Below the pieces are notes generated by a model that was not told where the DNA came from, did no database searches, and saw nothing but the letters and a program-made list of their open reading frames with translations. 64,000 bases of DNA from NCBI GenBank assembly GCA_977017645.1, contig OZ360232.1, positions 40,734,001 through 40,798,000 of the forward strand. Direction: 5' to 3'. The position numbers and the translations under genes were made by a program. This stretch comes from Torpedo marmorata (Eukaryota). Positions 62,806 through 64,000 of the stretch are shown here, piece after piece. Position 1 is the stretch's first letter, and every line of letters starts with the position of its first letter.

Positions 62806-63935
62806 TGTTTAATGTTGTCCGGGAAATTGGTGCCTCCATACCAGGCAGTGATGCAACCAGCCAGGATGCTCTCCACGGTACACCTGTAGAAGTTTAAGAG
62901 AGTCTTCGGTGACATACTGAATCTCTTCAGACACCTCACAAAGTATAGCCACTGACGAGCCTTCTTTATGATTGCATCAACGTGGAGGCTCCAGGACAGA
63001 TCGTCGGAGATGTTGACACCCAGGAATTTGAAGTTCTTGACCCTCACCACTACTGAGCCCTCGATGAGGACTGGGTCGTGTTCCCCTGACTTCATCCTGA
63101 GGTCCACAATCATCTTCTTGGTTTTGCTGACGTTGAGCTCAAGGTTGTTGTCGTTACACCATTCAACGAGCTGATCTATCTCCCTCCTGTACGCTTCCTC
63201 ATTGCCATTTGTGATTCTGCCGACAACTCTGGTGTCATCGGCAAACTTGTAGATGGCATTGGAATTGTGCCTGGCCACACAGTCATGGGTGTATAACGAG
63301 TAGAGCAGTGGACTAAGCACGCATCTTTGGGGTGCGCCTATGTTGATAATCAGTGAGGAAGGGACGTTGTTTCCAATTCATACTGACTGTGGTCTTCTGA
63401 TGAGAAAGTCAAGGATCCAGTTGCAAAGTGGGGTACAGAGGCCTAGAGTTTGTAGCTTCTTGACCAGCACTGAGGGAATAATGGTATTGAAGGCCGAGCT
63501 GTTGTTGATGAAGAGCAGCTGTATGTATGAATTGCTGTTTTCGAGGTGATCCAGAGCTGAGTGGAGATCCAGTGATATTGCATCTGCTGTGGAGTGATTG
63601 TGACGATAGGCGAATTGCAGTGGGTCCAGATCTTTGCTTAGGTACGTGTTAATTGTGGCCGTGACCAGCCTCTCAAAGCATTTCATCACAGTAGAAGTTA
63701 GTGCTACTGGGCAGTAGTCGTTGAGGCAGCCCACACTACTCTTCTTGGGTACCAGGATGATTGATGCCCTTTTGAAGCAGGTGGGAACCTCTGACTGCCA
63801 CAATGAGAGGTTGAAAATATCCGTTAAAACTCTGGCTAGTGGTTGGCACAGATTTTCAGTACCCTGCCAGGTACGCCGTCAGGCCCTGACGCCTTGCGAG
63901 GGTTCACCCTCTTGAATGATGTTCTGACGTCGCCC
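62806..63935 (-). mobile_element. Rex1/Babar-like LINE RT fragment
   Basis: VPTCFKR..VPKK...[49 protein letters not shown] and KFADD motifs, with frameshifts. Confidence 0.9.
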
Positions 63936-63936
63936 T

Positions 63937-64000
63937 CAGCGCCAGCGACCCAGGTTCGAATCCGGCGCTGTCTGTAATGAGTTTGCACATTCTCCCCATG
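63937..64000 (+). mobile_element. tRNA SINE fragment running off the window
   Basis: CAGCGCCAGCGACCCAGGTTCGAATCCGGCGCTGTCTG. Confidence 0.75.

Overview
This is non-coding, repeat-dense vertebrate DNA, very probably from a cartilaginous fish (ray or shark). The assignment is inferred from HE1/V-SINE-like tRNA SINEs, CR1 LINEs and Penelope elements. I cannot support any host protein-coding gene. The window is a mosaic of nested mobile elements: CR1, L1, Tx1 and Rex1/Babar-like LINE fragments; Penelope-like elements whose terminal repeats carry a minimal hammerhead-ribozyme motif; tRNA- and 5S-derived SINEs; a recurrent GC-rich non-autonomous retroelement; solo LTRs; and pogo/Tigger and hAT DNA transposons. 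Two adjacent, related minisatellites (16-bp and 15-bp units, about 7.6 kb together) produce the giant ORFs in the ORF track. The most unusual items are an L1 flanked by a ~675-bp duplication with an antisense L1 nested inside it, a Penelope element with ~760-bp inverted termini and an 11-bp TSD, a 5S-headed SINE that shares its tail with the GC-rich family, and a consistent T/GA nick site at all four resolvable L1 insertions. There are two assembly gaps (31554-31744 and 62432-62724). Family names come from motif recognition by eye, not database searches, and fragment boundaries without a TSD are approximate.
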